Part shown: positions 8,100 to 18,276 of the stretch, piece after piece
Layout: each line of letters starts with the position of its first letter
Numbering within the stretch: position 1 is the first letter of the stretch
Virus record (IMG/VR): IMGVR_UViG_3300009684_000032
Location: 95 to 64,094 of that record
DNA from: a virus
Taxonomy: Duplodnaviria; Caudoviricetes
DNA: 64,000 bases
Direction: 5' to 3' (one strand)
The notes under the pieces: generated by a model
Databases searched by the model: none
The model's input: only the letters and a program-made list of their open reading frames with translations
Told to the model about the DNA's origin: nothing
Translations under genes and position numbers: made by a program

Positions 8100-10592
8100 T
8101 CACCACTTTACATTCCACTGCAAGGTATTACCAGTTGCAGGATTAGTTTGTCGATTGATAGTGTAACCCAAATTGGTAAAGTAGGCAATCACAGTGTCCA
8201 TACGTTCTGCATATGGGCGTGTTAAGTTGGGATCGCTTGGCGTTTGATTCTGCCAAATTAACCAATAATCCCTACTAGAAGCATAGGGTTGTATAGTCAT
8301 TGTGCCAGTGCCGTAGCCTATGGTAGCAGTTGCAGTTGCAGCGTTACCAATCAAGTTATGCGGCGCACTGATGGCAACTGTGGGCGCAGCAGTGTATCCG
8401 TCACCTGAGCTTGTTATCACTATGCTGTCTATGCTAAAACCACGTGTAACTGTGGTAGTTGGTTGAATAGGTGCAGCAGTCTCACCTGCACCTGGTATGA
8501 CATTGACCTGAGGCGCACTGGTGTATTTGCTGCCGCCGTTGGTTACTACAATTTGCGATACGCTTGTGCTATACAGGCTGACATTGGCAGTTGCAGCACC
8601 GCCAATTGAAACAGTGGGAATGCTGGTATAGTTTTGTCCATAGTCAGTAATGCTGAGATAATCCACAGTTGTAGGTCGCAATTCTGCATAAGCTGCGGCA
8701 TCGTGACCGTCGCCGTCAATAATAACAGTGGGTGCTAATATGTAACCACTACCTTCGAAAGTGACATCTATACTAACAATTTGCCCACCAACAATCACTG
8801 GTACCGCAGTTGCATTAACACCATGCTCTGTTACGAAAATAACAGTTGCAGTTGTATAGCCAGAGCCAGTGTTGCTGACATTTACATATTGTACACCGGT
8901 TGCAGATAATGTAGAGGAAATTGCCGCACCACTACCGCTGGTTATGGTAACAGTTGGAATTGCAGTGTAATTTGTACCAGGTGCAGTAATTACCACACTG
9001 CTTACAGAACTTGCAGACATTGTGGCATATGCACTAGCACCGTAGCCTGTTAGATCATTTGGTGTTATAAGAACTGTAGGGGGCGCAGTGTAACCTGTGC
9101 CACCCGACGACACTATGATATTGCCAATTCCTGCTGTTAGATTAAAACTTGCTGCCTGGCCAGTGCCGCCATAGACTGCATTATAATCCATAACTGGTAA
9201 TATGCTGTAAGATCCGCTGGTTTGCAATGTGTACAGCACAATCTGTCCTTGCAATCCCACTTCGTCAACCATAATTGTTGCAGAATCAGTCCCAGAGCCG
9301 CCTGCAATAATCAGCACATCACCTTTGCTATATTGGCTACCGGCGCCTCCTGTGGCAAGCACAGCAGATATTATATCCATGTATACTGCTGATACAGTTG
9401 CACCTGCACCAGCAGATGTTATACCCACACCTGGTGGGCTGATATATGTTGCACCGCCATTGTTTAACAGCGTTACGTTACCTATACCTGTTGGCACCAA
9501 ATATGGAACAGCAGTTGCACCACTGCCGCTTGATATTGTTATAGTTGGTGCAAATGTATAGTTGCTACCTGTGCTTGTGACAGGTATGCTGGATATAACA
9601 CCGCCGGCCAAAACTGTAGTTGCAGTAGCCCCTGTGCCACCGCCGCCAGTAATAGTCACAATAGGCGGTGCAGTGTATTGTCCGCCAACGTTTGCAACTG
9701 CAATAGAAGCAATTCCCATATTAAGTGTTAAGGTACAGCCAGTTCCGCCGCCAGGCGATACTGTAGTAGACACACCTGATAGTGTTGGCAATGCAGAATA
9801 ATTACCATATCCATACAATCTCACTGTTGCCACTATGCCGCCACTGCCTATAGATGTAACTAATGCAGTGGTTGCACTGCCTGTGCCGCCCACTACAGTA
9901 AGAAGATCGTTTACGCGATAATTAACGCCGCCGGCTGCAACAACTACTGATATAGCTTGGAATGTCACTGCACCTGCTGCTGCGCCAGATCCCTGTGCAA
10001 CAACTGTTACACTTGGCACATAGTGATATCCACTACCTTGATAACTAACTGAAATGTAAGATATATCGCCGTATGGTGCAAGTATGGCCTGTGCAGTTGC
10101 TTGTACAGTTGCATTTCCGCCTGTTAACACAACAGTTGGAGTATAGGTATAGCCTGTGCCTTGATTGGTCAATGTGATGCTGTTAACACCAGATACCAAA
10201 TCAATACTGATAGGACGTTTTGCTAACGCATCTTGTTTTGATGTTGCAAGCTTAACAGTATTTGTGTCTACATATATGATGTAATATATAGTATCGGTAG
10301 TTAGAGGACTTGGCAATTGTCCAGAACTGTAAACCAATACTTCGTCGCCTGTATTATAACCGTGCCCTGCCACTTCAAATGTGTTTGCAGTGTTATCTAT
10401 ACTGTAAACAGGAGTACTGATAGCAACAGTCTGTGTCATAGGCGAATCGCCATTTACCAATGCATTATAATAACCAGTGCGTACTGCTTCTAATATAGAG
10501 CTACTAACCGCAGTACCTTCATCGAATACCACACGTTCTCGTATTGGATTTTGTCTAGCTTCTGCCGCAGTAATGAATATGCTATTAGCCAT
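8100..10592 (-). CDS. Virion structural protein (baseplate/fibre type) with G/T/V-rich beta repeats
   Basis: HGYNTGDEV...YYIIYVDTNTVKLA domain, then many I-x-x-G-x-G-Y-T-x-x-P-T-V-x-I repeats typical of T4-like baseplate/fibre proteins. Confidence 0.75.
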   Translation of the reverse strand: MANSIFITAAEARQNPIRERVVFDEGTAVSSSILEAVRTGYYNALVNGDSPMTQTVAISTPVYSIDNTANTFEVAGHGYNTGDEVLVYSSGQLPSPLTTDTIYYIIYVDTNTVKLATSKQDALAKRPISIDLVSGVNSITLTNQGTGYTYTPTVVLTGGNATVQATAQAILAPYGDISYISVSYQGSGYHYVPSVTVVAQGSGAAAGAVTFQAISVVVAAGGVNYRVNDLLTVVGGTGSATTALVTSIGSGGIVATVRLYGYGNYSALPTLSGVSTTVSPGGGTGCTLTLNMGIASIAVANVGGQYTAPPIVTITGGGGTGATATTVLAGGVISSIPVTSTGSNYTFAPTITISSGSGATAVPYLVPTGIGNVTLLNNGGATYISPPGVGITSAGAGATVSAVYMDIISAVLATGGAGSQYSKGDVLIIAGGSGTDSATIMVDEVGLQGQIVLYTLQTSGSYSILPVMDYNAVYGGTGQAASFNLTAGIGNIIVSSGGTGYTAPPTVLITPNDLTGYGASAYATMSASSVSSVVITAPGTNYTAIPTVTITSGSGAAISSTLSATGVQYVNVSNTGSGYTTATVIFVTEHGVNATAVPVIVGGQIVSIDVTFEGSGYILAPTVIIDGDGHDAAAYAELRPTTVDYLSITDYGQNYTSIPTVSIGGAATANVSLYSTSVSQIVVTNGGSKYTSAPQVNVIPGAGETAAPIQPTTTVTRGFSIDSIVITSSGDGYTAAPTVAISAPHNLIGNAATATATIGYGTGTMTIQPYASSRDYWLIWQNQTPSDPNLTRPYAERMDTVIAYFTNLGYTINRQTNPATGNTLQWNVKW

Positions 10593-10923
10593 TTTTCACG
10601 CTCTTCTTTGCTGCACTAGATGCCATTTGGGAAACTTTTTGTTTGCTGAAATCTGCTTCTACATCAGACGCTGTTTCAGGCGGTTCTTCTTGTTGTAATA
10701 TAACTTGATCTGGTGCAATGCGTACAATGCCTGCTTGGTCCTTGAGTGTGTCCATAACCCAACGCCTGTCAGCGTCAAAACCTTGATTATGGAGCACACT
10801 CAGTATTTCTGTCATAGGTATACTAGCCGCATCCTTGCTTCTGTAGACTGTAACAAGATCCATAATGGCATTTTGTGCCTCTTCTGGTGTACTTGGCAGG
10901 CTTGCAATTTCCTTATAACGCAC
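10585..10923 (-). CDS. Hypothetical protein, probably head-associated
   Basis: Track start is TTG at 10959 overlapping the upstream gene; GTG at 10923 with AAGG SD gives MRYKEIAS... Confidence 0.6.
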   Translation of the reverse strand: MRYKEIASLPSTPEEAQNAIMDLVTVYRSKDAASIPMTEILSVLHNQGFDADRRWVMDTLKDQAGIVRIAPDQVILQQEEPPETASDVEADFSKQKVSQMASSAAKKSVKNG

Positions 10924-10936
10924 TGTATTAACCTTT

Positions 10937-13900
10937 TCAGTTAGATGCTGCTCTATCAAAATGTGCAGGACCTATTAGTTTTGCCTTTACATTACTGTTG
11001 AGTTGTACCCAATAATCACGTGCTTGCTGATCCTTAAAGAACTTGTAATCACGGTTGCCGTTTGCACTTTCAACCATTACACCCCATGGATTAGCAGCTT
11101 TGGCCTGTGCAAATCTATAAGCTTTACGTTCTTGTGCAATTGCTTCTTTCATTTGACGACGGCTGTCCGCATTGTATGCATCAATTTGATCTTCAAGCTT
11201 TGTTATCATGTTTGCGGTTTCGTTGATCTTATTTTGAAGTACATCACCTTCGAGACCTTGTCCCTGCATCAACACATCGTTGCCACGTCCTTCATTTACC
11301 ATAGCAGCAAATTCTGTTCGGTGTGCAGCCAAGAATGACTCCAATTGCAGTTTGCCCTTGCGTGCTGTTTCCAGCATGCCACTTAGACGTGCAATACTTT
11401 CGTCTGTCTTGTCTATACCACGTGCAATTCGATGTCCACGGGTGATAACTTTCTTAGGTAGATCTTTTGCAGGCTTGTCTGGATTCATACCAGCTTCTTT
11501 CTTAGCTTGCCACATACCTATTGCATAGGGACTTTTGGCTTTGGCTTCTGCAACTTTCTTTTTGTCGGCTGCTGCTTTCTTCATTGGCTCTTTCTTGTTG
11601 CCGTCCTTGTCAAGATCAAGGAAGTCTGGCTTGGCTTTTTTAGCTTCAGCAACCTTTTTAACAGGTGCTTTTGCTTTGTCGGCTGCTGCTTTCTTCATTG
11701 GCTCTTTCTTGTTGCCGTCTTTGTCAAGGTCAAGAAAGTCTGGCTTGGCGCTTTTAGCTTCGTTTACCTTTTCATCATGCTCTATGTCTTTGGCAACTCT
11801 GCGGCCAGCACGTTCTGCTTTGCTATCTTCTGCACCACGCTTGGCACCATGTATGCCGTCTTTTTTGCGCTCGTCGTATTCGATGTCTTTGGCTACTTTG
11901 CGACCTGCACGTTCGGCGCGGTTATCTTTAGTATTAGTGCCTTCGTTTACAGGGGGAGTAGTACCTGCGTCATTGAGATATGTGTCTCTGAGATTTTGTA
12001 GCTGTTGAAAGTTTCCTACATCGGCGTAACCATCTAGTTGGCTAAGTTCATGGGCAGCATACTGGTCGCCCTTGGCCGCCGCCGCAGCTAGAGCTTGGCC
12101 AAGCGGAGTGTCCTTAACAGAGGACAGGCTGGCATATCCAACACCACCTGCTACACCAAGTGCTGCAAGCAACTTAACTATGGAACCCAGCGCACCTTCA
12201 TTGACATTTTCTTTGATCTTGCCGAACTTGTCTTTTTGTTTAGCACGAATTGCAAAGTTGATTTGCTTTACTTCTGTTTGTTCAGCAGCAGTACGAGTGG
12301 CTTTATCCATTAGTGTTTTATGACGAGCTTTGAGTTTAGCCAATGTCCAGCCATCCCACTTGCCTTTGTCCTTTTCAGCAGTTTTCATGTCGGTGTCCCA
12401 CTTTTCGCCAAGTCTACGACGACGTGCTTCTGCCAATTCAGCAGGTGCGCCCCCTGGTGCAGGAGGTGCAGTCTTTTTAGCACGACCCAATGGTTCCCCA
12501 CCGCCTGCTGCCGACGGAGTTGTACCTAGTCCATCCGACTCTTCATCTTCGGGTGCTTCGACACCTGCTTCTTCACCGGGTTCAACTTCTGCTGGCAGAT
12601 TTTCAATATCTGTTGCACCGGCGCCGGGTACGCCGCCGTTTTGCAATGCAAGCACTGCATCATCGCTTTGATCTTTAGCTTCTTGAGTAGCTGTTAACAA
12701 TGTATCCAGCTGAGCTTTCATAACAGTATTATACGCATCTGCTACTTCTGGACCAAACTGAGTTTTCATAGTATCTACAAGAGGCATCAATTCGTCCACG
12801 CCCATACGTGCAACTTTTTCTGCCATAGTTTGTAAATCGTCACTGATGCTCTTTGCAGCAATCAACGTTTCTGCTTGCTGTAAATCCTGCTCGGCATTGT
12901 CAAATGATTCTTTTACTGTTTTCTTTTTTTGCTTGCTGCTGAATGGATGTGCATCCGCATTCTTATGCTGCTCTTTGGCATTGGCTGCGGTAAAGAACAT
13001 ACCACGATTGAATTTTGGATCCATTTTTGCAAACACGTCTGCATGATGTTTTGCCATGTGATGTCTTGCTCCCGCATCTGAATGTCGTTTAATTAAATCT
13101 GCTACCAATTTAAAGTCTTTACGTGCAACTGCTTCACGCAATCCGTATCTGCGACTTTCTGCAAGGTCAAAATGCTCAGCAGCATGTCGTTCAAAGTTCT
13201 TATAATCCAAATAGTGCTTGGCTGAACTAATACCTTCACTGGCAGTTGTCAGCTTCATTGCTACCCAGCCTTCAAGCTTGTCACCTGGCTGGATCATATG
13301 GAATAGTTTCACACTGTATTCAAAAATTTCAACCAAGTTAGCACGGGCTGTACTGCCAGTTGCTTCTTCCATCTCCATGTCATCTTCGGCAAGTTCTGTA
13401 AAATCAGGCTGCTCACTGCGACCTGGTAATTGATCAGGTTCAAACTTAGTGTAATAATCCAAGTAATGATATATCTTGTCTAGATACATGGCATCGGTTG
13501 TCAATGCTGCTGCGATCCACGGCTCTACATCTTCATCTGGACGTATCATTTTAAGCATGTCCATTGCATATTTTGCATTGCGATAGAGTTCGCTTCTTGC
13601 CATGCTGGCTTGGTAATCGTGATTTTGCATATGACTTTCAGCAATACGCTTGCTTGCAGACTCTCTAACTGTATATTGCTTGTTTCTCACTGTAAATTTG
13701 TCCTTGTGTGCTGATCTTGCGGCTGCTAATGCCCCTGAAAATTCATTTCCCTCGTCTGTAACAACAGTATCATGTGCGGATGAATCGCCGCCTATTCCAT
13801 ACTTTTTTGCCAATTCAACTAATTCCGGGAATCGTTGTGCGAATTCTGGGTCTACATCTGACATGCCGTCATCTGTTTCTGTCATTTCATCTGATGCTGA

Positions 13901-14506
13901 CATGTCTAATTCGTCGTCGGCGTGATGTTTTTTGTATAATTTAATTCCAACTCGCAGTGCGTGTATGTCTTCTTTAGCATGTCTACGATCTGTATCATCA
14001 TTCATTGAATCATTTGCACGAGTTTCGTAATGATCTATCAGATCATTGATTGTTTGGTAACTGCCTTCTTCTCCAACACGGGTTAGTTCGTTACCCACAC
14101 GACTGAAACTGTTTAAAATTTTAAGCTGTGTTTCATCATCAGTTGATGCAGTTTCGGCAAAGTTCATCAGCCAATATCCCACATTGGCTGGAACAATTTC
14201 CTCTTCTATATCAAAACTCTCGTTTAACTTACGAGGACGTCTGCGTGGTGCGATTTCTTTTAGGTACAAGCGTGTTGCTTCTACTATCAACATATGCTTG
14301 GCATAATCTGGATTTGAATGCCAATTATTAAATGCACCTTCTTGCACGATGTTGGTTTTTAAAACTTCGCTGATATTCTGTATCGTTGTTATTTCATCCA
14401 CAGATGACTCATCGAGCTTTAAATCAAAACTATGCACATGCTTCAACGTATGTAGTATTTGATTTAATCTGTGCCTCGATGATGTACTAACGTCGTCTAC
14501 GAACAT
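10937..14506 (-). CDS. Large modular prohead-core/internal protein (1189 aa)
   Basis: Acidic and K/A-rich segments; many [LVI]-x-E/[AS] sites; duplicated KPDFLDLDKDGNKKEPMKKAAADK, duplicated AERAGRxVAKDIE and duplicated ...WxAxxLTT...HYLDY domain; AGGAG SD; CTAAATA box upstream. Confidence 0.65.
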   Translation of the reverse strand: MFVDDVSTSSRHRLNQILHTLKHVHSFDLKLDESSVDEITTIQNISEVLKTNIVQEGAFNNWHSNPDYAKHMLIVEATRLYLKEIAPRRRPRKLNESFDIEEEIVPANVGYWLMNFAETASTDDETQLKILNSFSRVGNELTRVGEEGSYQTINDLIDHYETRANDSMNDDTDRRHAKEDIHALRVGIKLYKKHHADDELDMSASDEMTETDDGMSDVDPEFAQRFPELVELAKKYGIGGDSSAHDTVVTDEGNEFSGALAAARSAHKDKFTVRNKQYTVRESASKRIAESHMQNHDYQASMARSELYRNAKYAMDMLKMIRPDEDVEPWIAAALTTDAMYLDKIYHYLDYYTKFEPDQLPGRSEQPDFTELAEDDMEMEEATGSTARANLVEIFEYSVKLFHMIQPGDKLEGWVAMKLTTASEGISSAKHYLDYKNFERHAAEHFDLAESRRYGLREAVARKDFKLVADLIKRHSDAGARHHMAKHHADVFAKMDPKFNRGMFFTAANAKEQHKNADAHPFSSKQKKKTVKESFDNAEQDLQQAETLIAAKSISDDLQTMAEKVARMGVDELMPLVDTMKTQFGPEVADAYNTVMKAQLDTLLTATQEAKDQSDDAVLALQNGGVPGAGATDIENLPAEVEPGEEAGVEAPEDEESDGLGTTPSAAGGGEPLGRAKKTAPPAPGGAPAELAEARRRRLGEKWDTDMKTAEKDKGKWDGWTLAKLKARHKTLMDKATRTAAEQTEVKQINFAIRAKQKDKFGKIKENVNEGALGSIVKLLAALGVAGGVGYASLSSVKDTPLGQALAAAAAKGDQYAAHELSQLDGYADVGNFQQLQNLRDTYLNDAGTTPPVNEGTNTKDNRAERAGRKVAKDIEYDERKKDGIHGAKRGAEDSKAERAGRRVAKDIEHDEKVNEAKSAKPDFLDLDKDGNKKEPMKKAAADKAKAPVKKVAEAKKAKPDFLDLDKDGNKKEPMKKAAADKKKVAEAKAKSPYAIGMWQAKKEAGMNPDKPAKDLPKKVITRGHRIARGIDKTDESIARLSGMLETARKGKLQLESFLAAHRTEFAAMVNEGRGNDVLMQGQGLEGDVLQNKINETANMITKLEDQIDAYNADSRRQMKEAIAQERKAYRFAQAKAANPWGVMVESANGNRDYKFFKDQQARDYWVQLNSNVKAKLIGPAHFDRAASN
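11561..11749 (-). repeat. Two 75-nt copies (11561-11635, 11675-11749) encoding AKPDFLDLDKDGNKKEPMKKAAADK, an EF-hand-like DxDxDG motif
   Basis: Near-identical DNA copies offset by 114 nt. Confidence 0.9.
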
Positions 14507-14555
14507 GATAAACCTCTCCTGGCTGGGAACGCCGTATTATATAGATTGCTAGGTT

Positions 14556-14562
14556 TATTTAG
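14556..14562 (-). promoter_or_regulatory. Late-like promoter box CTAAATA
   Basis: Intergenic, upstream of the 1189-aa gene. Confidence 0.55.
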
Positions 14563-14590
14563 CGGAATCTAGGAGATATGTTAGACGATA

Positions 14591-14908
14591 TCAAAGACTA
14601 AAACTAGTACCACAGCCACAAGTGCTTGTTGCCTCTGGTATTTCTATTGTGAAATAGGATCCCGCCAAGTCTAATTTGTAATCAACCGTAGCAGTATCCA
14701 ACAATTGGTAACTCATGCTGTCGATGACAACTGGACCTTTTGCAGTATCTACAACTATATCATCGTTTTCAACCACAGTTGTCCAGCTAAATGTTTTTTC
14801 AAATCCGTTACATCCACCTGCACGAATTTCGATGCGAGGATTACCTGCTACAGTTGTACGCAATTCTGCGAAACGATTAACGGCCCGTTCTGTTATATTA
14901 ATTGCCAT
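14591..14908 (-). CDS. iscA: A-type Fe-S cluster carrier (IscA/HesB family)
   Basis: INITERA; GGCNGF; CGCGTSF with all three conserved Cys. Confidence 0.92.
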   Translation of the reverse strand: MAINITERAVNRFAELRTTVAGNPRIEIRAGGCNGFEKTFSWTTVVENDDIVVDTAKGPVVIDSMSYQLLDTATVDYKLDLAGSYFTIEIPEATSTCGCGTSFSL

Positions 14909-15560
14909 TTATCAATATCCGTTTCAATTCAGATTTAACATTCATTGCTTGGTCTAGGGCTTTTTGATACTTGGTTGCATAGATATCTTCTTTTATCATG
15001 TCGCCTGCACGTTCTGCTTTACGATGTCTTATTTTAGCAGACATTGCATCTACTCTATGACTTGTATAACGGCTGTCTACTTCAAACAATTTGTTAACTC
15101 GCGGATCATTGACAAATTTGTTATCATTTAACAATTTTACTACACCTAGTGCAACTTCGTACAGTGTAATATCATCTGCAATCACAGTACCAGATGCTGC
15201 ATGTTCTATACAATAATATTGTTTACCTGCAATTCTGCGTTCGTTTGTTAATATGCCTATTTTATAACCGCCTACATTAACTGCACGATCTGTACGGCTG
15301 GTCATTATGTCCATTTTTGTTTCCACATCGCCATTGCTTTCCAGCATTACCTGATGTGTAACTTTGTTGAGTTTTTCTAAAACATTGGCCATTGCATTGA
15401 TTTCGCCCTGTGTAATAACACCCGGACCACTTATTTCAATAGCTTCGTTCATCTGTTTCGAATTGCCGTAACTAACAGCCGGTGGCGGTGTTTCGCCATT
15501 CATTATGGCCATCATTCTGGCCATTGCTTCGCGTTCTGCATCAGTGACGTTTGCCATCAA
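14898..15560 (-). CDS. Hypothetical protein (220 aa)
   Basis: ORF coupled to neighbours by overlap. Confidence 0.7.
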   Translation of the reverse strand: MMANVTDAEREAMARMMAIMNGETPPPAVSYGNSKQMNEAIEISGPGVITQGEINAMANVLEKLNKVTHQVMLESNGDVETKMDIMTSRTDRAVNVGGYKIGILTNERRIAGKQYYCIEHAASGTVIADDITLYEVALGVVKLLNDNKFVNDPRVNKLFEVDSRYTSHRVDAMSAKIRHRKAERAGDMIKEDIYATKYQKALDQAMNVKSELKRILINGN

Positions 15561-15787
15561 TCTCTCTCCGCATATCCTACATCATTAAAGGAATAATATA
15601 CTTTACCCTCAATTACTGCGCGATCCAAAACTCCTCTAAACACTAATTGTCTAGCAAGTTCGCGTTCACGCTCATTTAGTTCTTTACGAAGTAACGGTTC
15701 ATTGTGTCCTCTAACACGTTCCATTACAAGCATTTCATCATTGCTAACTGGTACCATTAGTCCACCAGTTATCTCTATAAATTTCAT
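15557..15787 (-). CDS. Small hypothetical protein, possibly winged-helix
   Basis: LNERERELARQLVFRGVLDR; TAATG and ATGA coupling. Confidence 0.6.
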   Translation of the reverse strand: MKFIEITGGLMVPVSNDEMLVMERVRGHNEPLLRKELNERERELARQLVFRGVLDRAVIEGKVYYSFNDVGYAERD

Positions 15788-16533
15788 TACAATGCTCCTG
15801 GTGTACCAGGAGTTCCTGGATTTGCAGGCACCGCTGCGGGATTTGCACTGGTCATAGTCTGTGCAGTTTTAATTAAATCTGCACCCATCACTGCCAGTGT
15901 GTTTAGAGTTTGAAGTTTTTGACGACCTACAACTGTCTGTGGTGGGTTAGCACTTACAGTTTTACCTATAGTAGCAAGCAACGCACCGATTGTGTATAAT
16001 CTTGCAGCTTCCTCGTTGCCTTTGTATTGCGGTAGATTAACTGCTTGTTGTACCATTCTGTCTAGCATATCATCACTGGCAGCTTCTGTTACCGCAGACT
16101 GTTCAACAATAGTAGAACCTGTTTGTTCTAATCCTGCAAGTTGCATCATACGATTTATGGCAGGCATTCCTATAACACTGCCCATTGCTCCGCCCATTGC
16201 ACCTTCTGCGACTAACTTATTCAATTTGTTTTCATTTACCATTGTTAAATGCCCATTAAGCATGATGCCGACCGATTTATGAGGCCCTTGCGGAATCTTG
16301 ACTATTGTTTCTATGTTTTCGTATAGTACCCTGTCGCCCACTTCAAACATGGGTTGATCGCCTGCATTTGCTAATTCAGTATGACTCAATGGATGTTTAG
16401 CTCGTCGGCTAAATCGGTCTATTGTAGTTTCATAAAGACCTTCGGCACCTGTAAGATCAACCTGCGTGTATTTCTTAGGTTTTTTCATGGTATCCTCCTC
16501 TGACACAATATAATCAGCCAATCGAAATCTCAT
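15787..16533 (-). CDS. Hypothetical head-associated protein (248 aa)
   Basis: Contains INRMMQLAGL and VAE/G, VTE/A sites. Confidence 0.65.
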   Translation of the reverse strand: MRFRLADYIVSEEDTMKKPKKYTQVDLTGAEGLYETTIDRFSRRAKHPLSHTELANAGDQPMFEVGDRVLYENIETIVKIPQGPHKSVGIMLNGHLTMVNENKLNKLVAEGAMGGAMGSVIGMPAINRMMQLAGLEQTGSTIVEQSAVTEAASDDMLDRMVQQAVNLPQYKGNEEAARLYTIGALLATIGKTVSANPPQTVVGRQKLQTLNTLAVMGADLIKTAQTMTSANPAAVPANPGTPGTPGAL

Positions 16534-16534
16534 G

Positions 16535-16696
16535 TTATTCGTACCTCGGCGATTTGATTGGGAACATGGGTTTTGCCTGCGAGTGCATATCCACCGGCGG
16601 CGGTAGGTCTTTGGTGACCTTTTTCAGTGTACCATCTTTGCGAACCCAAACTTTTTTGGTTCTAGCAATATTATTGAATACTTCATCTAGCAGCAT
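16535..16696 (-). CDS. Small protein (53 aa), absent from the ORF track
   Basis: MLLDEVFNNIARTKKVWVRKDGTLKK...PRYE*; AAGGAG SD; ATAAATA box at 16715-16721. Confidence 0.65.
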   Translation of the reverse strand: MLLDEVFNNIARTKKVWVRKDGTLKKVTKDLPPPVDMHSQAKPMFPIKSPRYE

Positions 16697-16772
16697 GTGA
16701 TGCTCCTTATTTGATATTTATTGGAAATGTCGCATATTTTGTCATTGTATTGATAAAATGTATCATGCAAAG

Positions 16773-16799
16773 AAAAAGGGCACCAAACGGTGCCCTTTT
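16773..16799. terminator. Intrinsic terminator, symmetric
   Basis: AAAAAGGGCACC-aaac-GGTGCCCTTTT just downstream of the 262-aa gene. Confidence 0.85.
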
Positions 16800-16822
16800 C
16801 TCAGTGTATAAGCTGTCGACTA

Positions 16823-17611
16823 TTATACGACTAATGTACCTGCAAGCATGGTGCTCATCGCAACCATAGTGTTGGTCAATGATGCGCTTGAAGTGTTCCA
16901 AGTGCTTACATATGGTGCAACAGTGTTGGTTGTTGCATACTGGCTGTTAGTTGCAGCAGCACTGCTGTTGCTTGAACCACTAAGAACCTGTGCGCTCTGA
17001 GTATCGTATGCCAGCAAGCCGTCAAGACCGCCGTACAATGTGTTGTTACCAAGGATCAGATAACCATTGTTGTTGGTGTTGTCGGCGGTAACAGTGGTGC
17101 TGTAGTTGCTGTTACCGTATGTTTCCCACTCGTTGTTCTTTTCAGTGCTGATGTTAACAATAGTGATCACACTGCCAGTGGTGTATGCGCTACCGAATAC
17201 GCTGCTAACGCTGGCATTGTTATTGTAGTAGCCAGCTTGTGCGAAGTATACGCTGGTGTTGGCATTGATAGTTGCACCGTTGATGCTGCTTGGCAATACT
17301 TTGAGGCCGATTTGAACTGGGTTACCACGACCAGCAAAAGTGCCAATCAAAAGGTCCATGTTACGTTGCTTGTAGAACGCATCAAGGTAAGTGTTCAAAG
17401 TGCTGTAGGTTACAGCAGTGCCTGCACCGTTGGTTACAGTTACGTTAGTCCAAATGCCAAGTGTAGCATATGTTTGGTAACCTGGCAAGTCTACTACAGG
17501 TGTGTCAACGTTGGTTTGTGACAACGGTACGATTGTGGCGAACGAGAACCATTGTGGTTGTCCGCTAAGGAACGAACCGGCCTTTCTGTTGCCATTTACT
17601 TGATCTGTCAT
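16823..17611 (-). CDS. Probable abundant virion protein, N/T/S-rich (262 aa)
   Basis: Own late box (17654-17660), AGGAGA SD and terminator; few charged residues. Confidence 0.65.
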   Translation of the reverse strand: MTDQVNGNRKAGSFLSGQPQWFSFATIVPLSQTNVDTPVVDLPGYQTYATLGIWTNVTVTNGAGTAVTYSTLNTYLDAFYKQRNMDLLIGTFAGRGNPVQIGLKVLPSSINGATINANTSVYFAQAGYYNNNASVSSVFGSAYTTGSVITIVNISTEKNNEWETYGNSNYSTTVTADNTNNNGYLILGNNTLYGGLDGLLAYDTQSAQVLSGSSNSSAAATNSQYATTNTVAPYVSTWNTSSASLTNTMVAMSTMLAGTLVV

Positions 17612-17673
17612 TTTGTCTCTCCTAAGAGTTTATGCAAAACTGCTTTGCTGAAATATTTATGCCGCGCGACAAA

Positions 17674-17880
17674 TTATGTGGTTTTGCGGCTCTTTTTACG
17701 CTTAGCTGGTGCAGGCGCATCAGCAGGGATATATCCAAACAAACTGGGACGACGATTTATTGCACCCATTGGATTGGCAACACTGGCAATACTGCCCGCA
17801 GCAGTGCTACCTGCAGATGCACTTTCAATAATATCTAAAAATGGCTTGTCTTTTTTATTAGCAATATCTTTAAGTTTCAT
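17674..17880 (-). CDS. Small head-associated peptide
   Basis: MKLKDI...IIE/SASAGSTAAGSIASVANP; TAAATA at 17915-17920; AAGGA SD. Confidence 0.6.
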   Translation of the reverse strand: MKLKDIANKKDKPFLDIIESASAGSTAAGSIASVANPMGAINRRPSLFGYIPADAPAPAKRKKSRKTT

Positions 17881-17951
17881 AGCGTTATATCCTTACGCAT
17901 AAAATGAGGTCTGTTATTTAATTTTGTCGATCTGTGTAGACGAATATGTCA

Positions 17952-18212
17952 CTATTTTTGACCTTTGATTTCTTTAATCTTTCTAAGAAACTTTTTATTA
18001 TCTTCGCTTATAATGCTTCTGTGCAGTCGCTTTATTAAATCTTGTGCATCTTCATCTGAATAGCTTTCTCTGATAAGTTGAACAAGATTAATTGCACTGG
18101 CAATAATATGACTAGCACGGCTTTCTATAACCGTGTGTTTGCTTTTTGCTGGTACAAATTTATCTAACTCATCAAGTAGACTGTTGATCTTATCAGCCAT
18201 GTTAGTCCTCAT
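17952..18212 (-). CDS. Hypothetical protein (86 aa; may start at MADKIN)
   Basis: ORF; CTAAATA box at 18224-18230. Confidence 0.65.
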   Translation of the reverse strand: MRTNMADKINSLLDELDKFVPAKSKHTVIESRASHIIASAINLVQLIRESYSDEDAQDLIKRLHRSIISEDNKKFLRKIKEIKGQK

Positions 18213-18276
18213 CTTCCGTTAATTATTTAGCTACTAGTTGCAATAAGATAAATACCATTATCAGAGGTATAACATC

